Origin: a virus
Taxonomy: Duplodnaviria > Heunggongvirae > Uroviricota > Caudoviricetes
IMG/VR virus record: IMGVR_UViG_3300046047_000272
Strand: one strand, 5' to 3'
DNA: 42,503 nt
Below the pieces are notes generated by a model. It was not told the DNA's origin, ran no database searches, and worked only from the letters and a program-made list of their open reading frames with translations. Shown here in pieces: positions 32,459 to 41,891 of the stretch (position 1 is its first letter; each line of letters opens with the position of its first letter). Position numbers and translations under genes: made by a program.

Positions 32459-33349
32459 ATGAATAATCGTGAACAGCCCTGTTGCACAACGCTTATACGT
32501 CGATGGGTCGAGTCGAAGATACGCAGTGAATCTGGATTTATGGGTATGACTCATGCTTTATCAGCAGTGGCTCTTCTTATGATTATCTTCGTTATGAGCC
32601 CCCATATCATTGCTAAGGCCTTGCATGGTGACACTCAGCCAGCGTATCTTATCCTCTTACTACTAGTTGCTGTTGGTGGGGCATTGATGCCTGATCTTGA
32701 TAACACCAATTCATCGGCTAAATCTGCTTTAGGTGTTATTGGTGTTGGTATCAGTGGATTCATGAGATTCACCGCACCAGTCATTCAAGGACTGTTACAT
32801 ACTAAGTATGATAAGGACTATGACAATCCGCATCGCGGTTTCTATCACACAGCTTTATCGTCAATACTCTTCGGAGGACTTACATGGTTGCTCTGTTCAG
32901 ATATTATTGATATTCCAGTATCTGGATCATTCCATATTAATGGAAAGATGTTCGCTCTTATCATCGTGTTCATAGGATCCCATATTGCCCTATCGACACT
33001 TGGGAAGCCAATCATGAAGAAGGTGTCTCATGCTGCTGGCGTCATCGGATTCATTATGCCGACACTATTGTCATTGGCCATTGTTGGCGTACTATGGTCA
33101 CAATTATCGAATGCTACTGATTATCGATCTGTAGGATTAGCTTTTGGATTAGGCTGGCTGATTCATATTCTCGGGGATATGTGTACGACACAGGGTGTCC
33201 CAGTACTCTTCCCCATCCCTATTAAAGGCAAGTTATGGTGGCATGTCCGTTTACTACCAATAAAAGCCGGAGGAGCAGCCGAGAATTATCTGTTCATACC
33301 AGCTTTTATCATCATCATTGTTGCGTGCACAGTAATCCTATTACTATGA
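32459..33349 (+). CDS. membrane metal-dependent hydrolase (YdjM/DUF457-like)
   Basis: MGMTH, GALMPDLD, HRGFYHT, HILGDMCTTQGVPVLFP; multiple TM helices. Confidence 0.85.
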   Translation: MNNREQPCCTTLIRRWVESKIRSESGFMGMTHALSAVALLMIIFVMSPHIIAKALHGDTQPAYLILLLLVAVGGALMPDLDNTNSSAKSALGVIGVGISGFMRFTAPVIQGLLHTKYDKDYDNPHRGFYHTALSSILFGGLTWLLCSDIIDIPVSGSFHINGKMFALIIVFIGSHIALSTLGKPIMKKVSHAAGVIGFIMPTLLSLAIVGVLWSQLSNATDYRSVGLAFGLGWLIHILGDMCTTQGVPVLFPIPIKGKLWWHVRLLPIKAGGAAENYLFIPAFIIIIVACTVILLL

Positions 33350-33418
33350 TCACACGTTATATAATAGTATACAAGAATAAGCAATATCCTCTGATTGATG
33401 AGGATGGAGGGTACAATA

Positions 33419-34135
33419 ATGGCATCTTGGGGCTTAACCGTTGATAAGAATGGCGTCATGCAATCGAGTATTTGTAGAGCGAAGCATCCCGGTTCGGGAC
33501 GCTGTAATCATTTCGCTCACGTCAAGAACGCCGCCAGCGCACAGAAATATATTGTTTTGCATCAATTACAACCTGATCTGATGAAGGTCGTGAATTACGA
33601 TAAAGACGTTAATTCGCTTCATGAGTCAGTAAAAGACTATATGTCAGATAGAGGAGTTGATGTTGAATACACGCCAACCGAGGATGGCGTCAATATCATT
33701 GATACATGGTTCAATGGAGATCGAAAATTAGCTGAGCGTATTCTTGGAGAGGCGCAGGAAGAGGGCGTCATTCCAAAGATCAAGGCATCTGATACTGTTC
33801 GTACTGATATTCACGATCTTACTGTTGCTGGTGTGAAGGTTGAGGTTGATGGTGACAGATTTGCTGGCATGAATCCCGAGGCCGATGTGTCACTCGACAC
33901 TGATGTCTGGATGACAGCTAATGGATTATCACATAAAATGATTGATGGTGAGGCTCCAGTAACATTAATGGTAGCTGAGGGCGCGGAGGAGGCTCATGCA
34001 TCGGATAAGATTAGATCGAATTGGTCAAAGGATCAATCACTAGATTCTCTCATCTCAGAGGAGCGTAGATCTGATTTCGAACACGCCGGATACGCTAGTC
34101 TTCATGGACAGACCACTGATCAGATATCTGAGTAA
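33419..34135 (+). CDS. hypothetical protein with an N-terminal Cys/His motif
   Basis: SD GGAGG before ATG 33419; CRAKHPGSGRCNHFAH. Confidence 0.72.
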   Translation: MASWGLTVDKNGVMQSSICRAKHPGSGRCNHFAHVKNAASAQKYIVLHQLQPDLMKVVNYDKDVNSLHESVKDYMSDRGVDVEYTPTEDGVNIIDTWFNGDRKLAERILGEAQEEGVIPKIKASDTVRTDIHDLTVAGVKVEVDGDRFAGMNPEADVSLDTDVWMTANGLSHKMIDGEAPVTLMVAEGAEEAHASDKIRSNWSKDQSLDSLISEERRSDFEHAGYASLHGQTTDQISE

Positions 34136-34401
34136 TAGAATCATATCGGTCATAGGAATCCTAGCACGTCGTACATCTTATTAGTTATGTGACGGTTGCT
34201 AGGATTCTTTCATTGTTAGACCGTTATTCCTCTTGTAGACGCATCTATTTGGTGCATATTTCATCATCTGTCATTTATTATTAGATTACTGATTCAGCGG
34301 TTTGCACACTCATCATACACATCATTTTGACGGGTATAGACCATGTATCAAGAAGCAACAACTCGTTCGCGAGTATATTTTAAGGAGCAAGTATCATAAG
34401 T

Positions 34402-35376
34402 ATGTTAGCATCAAATAATCACGCAAGCCCATCCTCACATCGTCAACCATTAGATGCAGATGACATCACCTTAATGCGTCTTGGTCATAAAGCGTCCGAT
34501 GGATATTTCTTCACGCTAGATGAAGAGCTCTTCCTAGGTAAAATGATTAGATTATCGAGGACTGATTGTTCAGCGAGAGCAACACGAAGAGCCAGTAGAG
34601 CGAAACAATATCTTGCACAGGCTAATCAACGATTAGTCTTTAAAATGGCTAATAAAGTCTATTCGAGTTATCCTAAAGGAACGACTCGTGAGGATGTCGT
34701 GTCCGCAGGAAATCTAGGTCTCAGCAGAGCATTAGAAGATTATGATGATACCATGGGTAATAAATTGTCCACATATGCTACATGGTGGATCAGACATTAT
34801 ATTCAACGATTAGGTCATAAAATCGCTCGCATTGGTACTCTGCCTGATAGCAAGATTGGTATCATATCTGACGTTAAGAAGGAGACACTCCGCATTGAGG
34901 AGGAGGGCCGATCAGTAACGAGTGAGGAAATGAAGACGATTCTCCAAACCCATGGTATTGATGAGGCTGAGTACAATAAGATCATGTCATTCAACAATAC
35001 GCCATTCAGTTTTGATGCGCCAGTATTCAACGATGATTCTACTGAGGCTTCTGAGGTGATGAATTATGATGATACTCGTAATGAAATTATGGGTACGCCA
35101 TTGGAGACGCCTGAGGGATCAGCAATCAAGAATGATACGATCAGCATATTCAATAAGGCCCTATCAGAATTGACGCCACTACAACAATCTCTCATTAACA
35201 TGTCGTATATTGAGGATCGGCCTATGGGCGTTAATGGAGAAATTAAAAGAACGCAAGCGTCAATCCGTAGGACTCTTGGCGTCACGAAATCAGTAGCTGA
35301 AAGAGAATTGCAGAAGGGTCTCGCTCATCTTCGCGAACAAATGACATCATATGGCTATGGACCAAATCAGGAATGA
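34402..35376 (+). CDS. RNA polymerase sigma-70-family factor
   Basis: ANQRLVFKMA, GNLGLSRALEDYD..GNKLSTYATWWIRHYI (region 2); LSELTPLQQSLI..IRRTLGVTK..ELQKGLAHLR (region 4). Confidence 0.9.
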   Translation: MLASNNHASPSSHRQPLDADDITLMRLGHKASDGYFFTLDEELFLGKMIRLSRTDCSARATRRASRAKQYLAQANQRLVFKMANKVYSSYPKGTTREDVVSAGNLGLSRALEDYDDTMGNKLSTYATWWIRHYIQRLGHKIARIGTLPDSKIGIISDVKKETLRIEEEGRSVTSEEMKTILQTHGIDEAEYNKIMSFNNTPFSFDAPVFNDDSTEASEVMNYDDTRNEIMGTPLETPEGSAIKNDTISIFNKALSELTPLQQSLINMSYIEDRPMGVNGEIKRTQASIRRTLGVTKSVAERELQKGLAHLREQMTSYGYGPNQE

Positions 35377-35436
35377 CTCTATACTAACCGTTAGATATTC
35401 AATGACTGATCATAACGATACATTGGGGATGAGTGA

Positions 35437-37713
35437 ATGAGTACATCTGAGGACACGTGGCATATGACGCCTAATGGCCCAACACCATGTCATGCAAAGA
35501 TGAAGGAACGGTGTCCATATCGTGACAGGACACACGGGTCACAAAAGGATCTAGAGCGTCAGTATGAATCGGATATGACCATCGTAAATGATCTTAAGCA
35601 TCGATTGACCACAGCTGCACAGGCTTATTATCAGGGATCTGATACCGATTCACCAATGACCGATGACGAATACGATGCTGGTATCAAATACCTCAAACAA
35701 TTGAATACCTCGTATCGTCTTAATGATCAGGACATTACGAATCTTATCGACGGTAAGGTAGCGGGTGGCACGACAGTTGACGTGAAGAATGATCACAAAG
35801 TCCATCACGACGTACCAATGCTATCATTACGTAAAGCCGATAGCGAGGAGCAAGTGACCAGTTATCTCCAGGATATGGAGACTCAAGGAGCCACCGGATT
35901 CAAATTACAGGCTAAACTTGATGGTATTGCCTGCTCCGCAGAATACGAGCAGGGCCACTTGGAGAGGATGTCTACTCGTGGTAATGGTGCTGATGGTGAG
36001 GATATGTCATATCTCGTGGAGAACCCAGACGTCCAAGTTAAAGGTCTTCCACAACAGTTGAACGGTAAACTGGCGAATGCTGACGTCGAGATTAGAGGAG
36101 AGCTATTCCTTCGACCATCTGAGTTTGATAAGATGAATGCAGCTAAACGAGCCTCAGGAGACGATGAATACAAGAATCCTAGGAACACGAATGCTGGTAT
36201 CGTCAAACGAGCGGCTAATGGCATGCATGGAGAAAAAGCTACTCTGCAATTTGTCATGTACAAGATTGTCGGTCATAACATATCAGAGGAGGACCTAGTC
36301 AGTTCTGGTGTGGCCGAAGTATCTAGAGTGACGAAGGAAGAATGGGATAAAACTGGACTTGCTAGACCGGATCAACTGTCCATATCTATGAAGGATAGAA
36401 CACCTGATGAGGTCACGAATGAGACCATGAATATCATTAATGCCTTCGGACCAGTTCGTGATGAATTAGATTTGCCAACCGATGGTATCGTCATCAAGCC
36501 GATCAATGAGCAAGCAATGGACGATCAGATGGGATCGAACGCTCATCATCCATTATCACAATTAGCCTGGAAGTATCAAGGAGCGAAGGCTCAGGTGAAA
36601 ATTACGGGTGTAAGCTGGACTGTAGGAAAATCAGGTAAGCTGACGCCTACGCTTCATTATGAGCCGACAGCATTCGGAGGATCAATTAACGCGAACGCTA
36701 CTCTGCATAATCCAGCTATCTTAAATGAACTTGGCCTATCCATAGGAGCTGTGGTCGAGGTCGAGAAACGCCATGATATTCTTCCTGAGATTATTCGAGA
36801 ACGACCTATATTCACGCCCAAGGACAGCTCCATCATCAAGCCACCCGAACATTGTCCATATTGTGGATCTTTTATCAGTTCTTCTGATAGATTGTCCTTC
36901 TGTCCTAATGCTAAATGCCCATCACGTGGAGCATACATGTTGAAAGCGGCCGCTAGTAAGGGATCGTTGAATTTTGATGGTATGGGCAATCACCTCATCG
37001 AATCTTTACAGGACAATGGACAGGTGTCAACCATAGCAGATTTCTACGATCTTACTGAGGATTCATTATCAAACACGCCAGTAGGCATAAATGCTGACGG
37101 CAAGCCAAAGATCTTTGGACATACACGAGCTAAGCATGTCATGGATTTTATCACGGCAAGTAAGAAATTGCCATTTCATAAGGTACTACCAAGTCTATCT
37201 ATTAACGATCTCGGTCCTCAAACGGCTAAAGCCATCATTAAGGAATATCCTTCTATTGACGCTATTAGACAAGCGTCAATAGATGATCTTAGCACAATTG
37301 ATGGTATTGGGCCTGAGACGGCACGTAAAGTCAAAGAGGGCATAGATGATCAGTGGGACACCATTGAACGCTTGCGTAAAGCCGGATTGCAATTTGAAGA
37401 GCACGATGATCATGCCATGAATCCTATGCGCGATGACGACCCGGCGGTTAAGGCTGTTAAGGGGAAGTTTTTCAGTATCAGTGGTACTGTGCCATCGGGA
37501 TATGCTAATCGTTCGGAGTGGCAGGAATTCGTTTCAGCTATGGGTGGAACTGCTCAAGGATCACCGAATAAAACCACGGATTATATGATCGGTAATCCAG
37601 ATGATACGTCAAGTAAGATCATCAAAGCTAAGAAATTAGGCGTGACGATCATATCTCCAGATGACTTCATGAGAGCCGTGAGAAATGGTTCTTTCGAAGA
37701 TAACGTGGCGTGA
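35437..37713 (+). CDS. ligA: NAD+-dependent DNA ligase with an N-terminal extension
   Basis: KLDG, TRGNG..GED, EIRGE, NPRN, DGIVIK, AWKY, ATLHN, C4 zinc finger, HhH repeats, BRCT. Confidence 0.95.
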   Translation: MSTSEDTWHMTPNGPTPCHAKMKERCPYRDRTHGSQKDLERQYESDMTIVNDLKHRLTTAAQAYYQGSDTDSPMTDDEYDAGIKYLKQLNTSYRLNDQDITNLIDGKVAGGTTVDVKNDHKVHHDVPMLSLRKADSEEQVTSYLQDMETQGATGFKLQAKLDGIACSAEYEQGHLERMSTRGNGADGEDMSYLVENPDVQVKGLPQQLNGKLANADVEIRGELFLRPSEFDKMNAAKRASGDDEYKNPRNTNAGIVKRAANGMHGEKATLQFVMYKIVGHNISEEDLVSSGVAEVSRVTKEEWDKTGLARPDQLSISMKDRTPDEVTNETMNIINAFGPVRDELDLPTDGIVIKPINEQAMDDQMGSNAHHPLSQLAWKYQGAKAQVKITGVSWTVGKSGKLTPTLHYEPTAFGGSINANATLHNPAILNELGLSIGAVVEVEKRHDILPEIIRERPIFTPKDSSIIKPPEHCPYCGSFISSSDRLSFCPNAKCPSRGAYMLKAAASKGSLNFDGMGNHLIESLQDNGQVSTIADFYDLTEDSLSNTPVGINADGKPKIFGHTRAKHVMDFITASKKLPFHKVLPSLSINDLGPQTAKAIIKEYPSIDAIRQASIDDLSTIDGIGPETARKVKEGIDDQWDTIERLRKAGLQFEEHDDHAMNPMRDDDPAVKAVKGKFFSISGTVPSGYANRSEWQEFVSAMGGTAQGSPNKTTDYMIGNPDDTSSKIIKAKKLGVTIISPDDFMRAVRNGSFEDNVA

Positions 37714-37877
37714 TAACGACCACGTTATATTCATCCTACGATGATCTCAGGACGACGGGAAAAGTTGTATTACAACACGATGTCAGATTATCTACGTAAG
37801 ATTAATGATACTGATATCTACTTCATCCTGAACCTATCTAATTACGATAATCAAACAATATAAGGAGTGCAACTACT

Positions 37878-38099
37878 ATGGTTAAGATCTACACGAAACA
37901 GCGATGCCCACAATGCGAGGCCACGAAAAGGCGGATGCGTAAGAATGGCGTAGATTATATTGAAGAGGACGCCATCAGTCATCTAGACGATTTAAAGACC
38001 ATGGGCTTCATGGCTGCTCCAGTCGTGATGACAGATCAGACGAACTGGTCTGGTTATCGCCCAGATCTTATTGATGCATTAACAACGGTTAACGTCTGA
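37878..38099 (+). CDS. nrdH: NrdH-like glutaredoxin
   Basis: IYTK..CPQC..TK, LGFMAAPVV-like motif, WSGYRPD. Confidence 0.88.
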   Translation: MVKIYTKQRCPQCEATKRRMRKNGVDYIEEDAISHLDDLKTMGFMAAPVVMTDQTNWSGYRPDLIDALTTVNV

Positions 38100-38283
38100 A
38101 AAATAATGCCCTACCAGTGCTATACTCACTGGATTAGATCTAGTTAGGCTCAGAACATGACTCTTTACTCATGTTCTGAGCCTATTCAGATTGGTGCTGG
38201 CCGTAAAAGCCCTCAGATGATACGTTATACTAGACGAGACAAGAATTAGGATTAGACGCGAGATCTACAGTGATCGTAGCTGA

Positions 38284-38312
38284 TTGACAAAAGATCATTG
38301 ATAACATATAAT
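38284..38312 (+). promoter_or_regulatory. consensus sigma-A promoter
   Basis: TTGACA-17 nt-TATAAT. Confidence 0.72.
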
Positions 38313-38322
38313 CAATCATATT

Positions 38323-38916
38323 GTGTTAGCTATTATGAAGGAAGAAGACGTGCATCAAATCATTATGAGCCCATCTGATCTTCATATGATCAGTACTCGA
38401 TCAGTGTCATACGCCTGTGGAAGAATGACCTATGTCACTGATGTTATCAAAGATGCGATCATGATGCTACGACCGATACTGGATACATCGTCTATACATG
38501 ATATCATATCGATGGTTCAACACAGAATTGATACGAATACAGCTGGTATGTCATACGATAGGGATATGGTATGGTCATCACTCATCAAATCGTTATCATC
38601 TAAAGAATCAGTATCAACATCAACGGTCAGCTTGCCCTCAGACACGTATTACTCAATCATCAGTTCTGCCTTTAGAGATATGAGCGCTGATTGGCCACAT
38701 CATATTGACGAGCATGAGATCATATCCATGACGAACCTGATGACAGCCATATGGCCATATATGAATCTACGATGGAGAACCGTTATGATGAATGATTGGA
38801 TAGAGCTTAATCGTTATGCGCACATATCACTTGATCAACCTCTACGTATGGATGATCGTACTCTAAACGACGATGAATATCTTACTGTCATCGTATCAAG
38901 GAATCGGGAGTGTTAA
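38323..38916 (+). CDS. hypothetical protein
   Basis: 197-aa ORF directly after a consensus promoter; two internally similar halves. Confidence 0.6.
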   Translation: MLAIMKEEDVHQIIMSPSDLHMISTRSVSYACGRMTYVTDVIKDAIMMLRPILDTSSIHDIISMVQHRIDTNTAGMSYDRDMVWSSLIKSLSSKESVSTSTVSLPSDTYYSIISSAFRDMSADWPHHIDEHEIISMTNLMTAIWPYMNLRWRTVMMNDWIELNRYAHISLDQPLRMDDRTLNDDEYLTVIVSRNREC

Positions 38917-38920
38917 CATC

Positions 38921-39613
38921 GTGAATCATAGAATTATCGGATTAGCCACTGGAGGTTTCATCGGCAGTGTGGTTTTCCTCATGCAGCCAGTGGGCGCATC
39001 GATATGGACATTCGCTGTGGCTTTAGGTGTTGGTCTCGGTATTGGAGCGGTCATCTCACATCTATTCGATGAAACGAAGAATCAATTATCACTATCCAAT
39101 GTCGCTAAGCCATTAACTCGACCATCGTCCTCGTCGATTCGACTGGATAACGCTCAATCATTCCTAGCCATGCTATCTGATAAACAGGGTCAGGTTCAGG
39201 ATGACGCGGTCTCTGAGGAGATAGGTGAATTAATAGACGTATCCACATTACTCGTGCAATATGTGCAGAATTATCCGCATCAGAGTACATCGTTAAGCGC
39301 GTTCTTATCATCGTATTCTGCTCAGACCGAACAGGTTCTCACTGGGTACATCACTGTTGAGAAATATCATGGAAAGAATCTTGACGCTACAAAACAATAT
39401 ACGATATCAGCTCTTAATGCATTAGAGGGAGCGGCTCAAGGTGTGCTTGACTCTGCTAATGATCAGCAAAGTACAGCTGTTGAGGCTAGCAGTGAGGCTA
39501 TTAATCGACTGGCAGCGATGCAAGGATTCACACCTGATGCTGATCATCCTAGTGAGGCATTGCAAGCAGCCGAGGACTTGAAACGCTTAACGGTGAATAA
39601 ACCATCCGTGTAA
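38921..39613 (+). CDS. XpaC-like (5-bromo-4-chloroindolyl phosphate hydrolysis family) membrane protein
   Basis: Two N-terminal TMs, FLSSYSAQTEQVLTGY segment; adjacent to TelA as in B. subtilis xpaC-yaaN; GTG start after GGGAG. Confidence 0.7.
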   Translation: MNHRIIGLATGGFIGSVVFLMQPVGASIWTFAVALGVGLGIGAVISHLFDETKNQLSLSNVAKPLTRPSSSSIRLDNAQSFLAMLSDKQGQVQDDAVSEEIGELIDVSTLLVQYVQNYPHQSTSLSAFLSSYSAQTEQVLTGYITVEKYHGKNLDATKQYTISALNALEGAAQGVLDSANDQQSTAVEASSEAINRLAAMQGFTPDADHPSEALQAAEDLKRLTVNKPSV

Positions 39614-39680
39614 GGATGATGACTAATTGCCATCATCCGATGCATAGGATAAAATACATTATCAATCAAAGGAGCAAAGA

Positions 39681-40862
39681 ATGTCAGACACGAATGGCAG
39701 TAATATCAGAATTGATGGTGAGCAGAAATCCATCTCCATGGACGATCTCATGAAATCATCCACTCAGGGTGATGTCCAATCACAAATCCAGCCTATGAGT
39801 GATCCTAGTGCGAGTCAGCCAACTCAAGTGGAGGCCGTTGACCATCTTACTGATGCCGATCAGCAACAGGTTGATGAAATTGCAAAGAGTATTGATCTCA
39901 CTAAAAACGATCTTGATTCATCGTATGGTGCTGAGGCTCAGAGAACGATGGGTCAATTTGCCGAGTCTATTCTATCCAATACTCGATCCAAGGATGCTGG
40001 ACAAGCGGGACAGTTAATGCAGAGTCTTGTAACGACCATTGACGATTCTCATCTTAGCGGCGTGAAGAAAGTTCCAATTATCGGTAAGATCGTCATGAAG
40101 ACCGAGGAGATCAAACGGCAGTATCAAAAGGTCACACCTCAGATTGACGATATTGTCGATAAGCTGTTACAGTCACAGGCTCAGATGCAGGCTGATATTG
40201 CCATGTATGATACGATGTATGATAAGAATCTTGAGCAATACAAATCGTTGAAGATTTACGTGGCTGCCGGTCGTAAGAGCCTTAACGATTTTAGGGAGCA
40301 GCAGCTACCAGCGTTAGAGCAGCAGTCAACGACATCTGGTGATCCTATGCAGGCTCAGATTCTTAAGGACTTCAAGGATAAGCTTGATCGTTTTGAGAAG
40401 AGATTAGACGATCTTGATCGTATCAGTGTTGTATCACTCCAGAACGCTCCTCAAATTAAGATCCTTCAGAATGCTGATCGAAAGATTGCTGATAAAGTCA
40501 ATACGACGATTACAACGACCATTCCATTATGGAAGTCCCAGATGGTCATCGCACTGGGCTTGGCTCGCCAGAACGAAGCCCTTAAGTTGCAGAATAGTGT
40601 TGACGATACGACGAATAAGCTGCTGAGTCAGAACGCTGCCGCTCTTCACACTGGAGTCGTAAATGCTGAGAAGGCTAATCAGCGTAGTGTCGTTGATATT
40701 GAGACTCTACAGAAAGTCAACTCTGAATTAATAGCAACCTTGAAGGAGACACAGCAGATTCAGGAGGATGGTCGAAAGAAGCGAGCTGCCGCCGAGGATC
40801 AGATGCGAGAAATCGAGGCTAATCTGAGAACAGCTCTCATGGATAATATCACATCTGCCTGA
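39681..40862 (+). CDS. telA: TelA/KlaA toxic anion resistance family protein
   Basis: YGAEAQ, QMQADIAMYDTMYDKN..Y..L..YVAAG, RFEKRLDDL, Q.APQIKILQ, TIPLWKSQMVIAL. Confidence 0.9.
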   Translation: MSDTNGSNIRIDGEQKSISMDDLMKSSTQGDVQSQIQPMSDPSASQPTQVEAVDHLTDADQQQVDEIAKSIDLTKNDLDSSYGAEAQRTMGQFAESILSNTRSKDAGQAGQLMQSLVTTIDDSHLSGVKKVPIIGKIVMKTEEIKRQYQKVTPQIDDIVDKLLQSQAQMQADIAMYDTMYDKNLEQYKSLKIYVAAGRKSLNDFREQQLPALEQQSTTSGDPMQAQILKDFKDKLDRFEKRLDDLDRISVVSLQNAPQIKILQNADRKIADKVNTTITTTIPLWKSQMVIALGLARQNEALKLQNSVDDTTNKLLSQNAAALHTGVVNAEKANQRSVVDIETLQKVNSELIATLKETQQIQEDGRKKRAAAEDQMREIEANLRTALMDNITSA

Positions 40863-40872
40863 TCATAGGTTT

Positions 40873-40915
40873 TTAGGGCCAATTCTTTAGATATGATAAC
40901 GAGAATTGGCCCTAA
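40873..40915. terminator. hairpin after telA
   Basis: TTAGGGCCAATTCT/AGAATTGGCCCTAA. Confidence 0.55.
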
Positions 40916-40952
40916 GATCATGTTAGAGGCGGCATCCTGATATATTCATATT

Positions 40953-41729
40953 GTGAAAATTTTGACTTGGAATATCTTGAATAAGACAGATACGTTGTGG
41001 GATCGTTTACCCATGATTATGGAGGTTCTTGACTTTGAGAATCCTGATTGCATCTGTATTCAAGAAGTTCTCGACGCTGGTAAGAACTCCGTTAGAGCAA
41101 GTCTTAAACGCATAGGATACGACATGAGCAATGGCTCTAAGAGCGCAACAAAAGACCGCTCATACGTTGCCTGGAAGACAAAAGATTATCACGTCATTGA
41201 TGAAAGAACAATAGATGATATTGATGTTGACGCTGTCCGTCTTCAATCCGATACGAATAAAACAATAAGTCTATTATCATATCATGGATTATACGGCGCT
41301 GAACACAGTGGTGGCAGACTTCGAGAACTACGATCAATCATGCATCTTACTGATCACCGTAATCCTGATAGCATTAATGCATCTGAAGATGACGTTTACC
41401 TCGCGGGAGATTTTAATGCTCTACCAAATGAGATTGGGATGAGAGCTATGAGGGGTCTAGAAGGAGACGCGGTTTACTGGACTGACGCTTTTGACGCCTC
41501 GCCTAGGGTTCGTGGTCTCGAGGATGGAACCTCAATAAGGACAGGATTAGGATTGATTACGGCCTTGAACAATGATGTTCTCATACCCGCTAGTCTTCCC
41601 AAGAGAAGAATTGACTATATCCTACATCAAGGATGGTCGTATGGAAAACCTGGAGGATTTACCAATCTAAAAGGCGTGAATCGTGATGACTTATCCGATC
41701 ATGTCATTCTCATAGCAGAGACGCTATGA
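40953..41729 (+). CDS. endonuclease/exonuclease/phosphatase (EEP) family protein
   Basis: TWNI, CIQEV, GDFN, RIDYIL, SDH. Confidence 0.9.
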   Translation: MKILTWNILNKTDTLWDRLPMIMEVLDFENPDCICIQEVLDAGKNSVRASLKRIGYDMSNGSKSATKDRSYVAWKTKDYHVIDERTIDDIDVDAVRLQSDTNKTISLLSYHGLYGAEHSGGRLRELRSIMHLTDHRNPDSINASEDDVYLAGDFNALPNEIGMRAMRGLEGDAVYWTDAFDASPRVRGLEDGTSIRTGLGLITALNNDVLIPASLPKRRIDYILHQGWSYGKPGGFTNLKGVNRDDLSDHVILIAETL

Positions 41730-41788
41730 TCGTATTAGACGTCCTCTGACTCATAGTTCGAGCGCGTTGCTATGAACCAGTGGCCGAG

Positions 41789-41820
41789 AGCCTGGGTGTA
41801 TGCCCAGGCTTTTATTTATT
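41789..41820 (+). terminator. intrinsic terminator
   Basis: AGCCTGGG/CCCAGGCT followed by a T-rich run. Confidence 0.72.
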
Positions 41821-41891
41821 GGTTGACATGATCAGGCCATTCGTGATACAATAGTATCTGTCAATAATTCATCACAGAAAGGTGTCTCATT

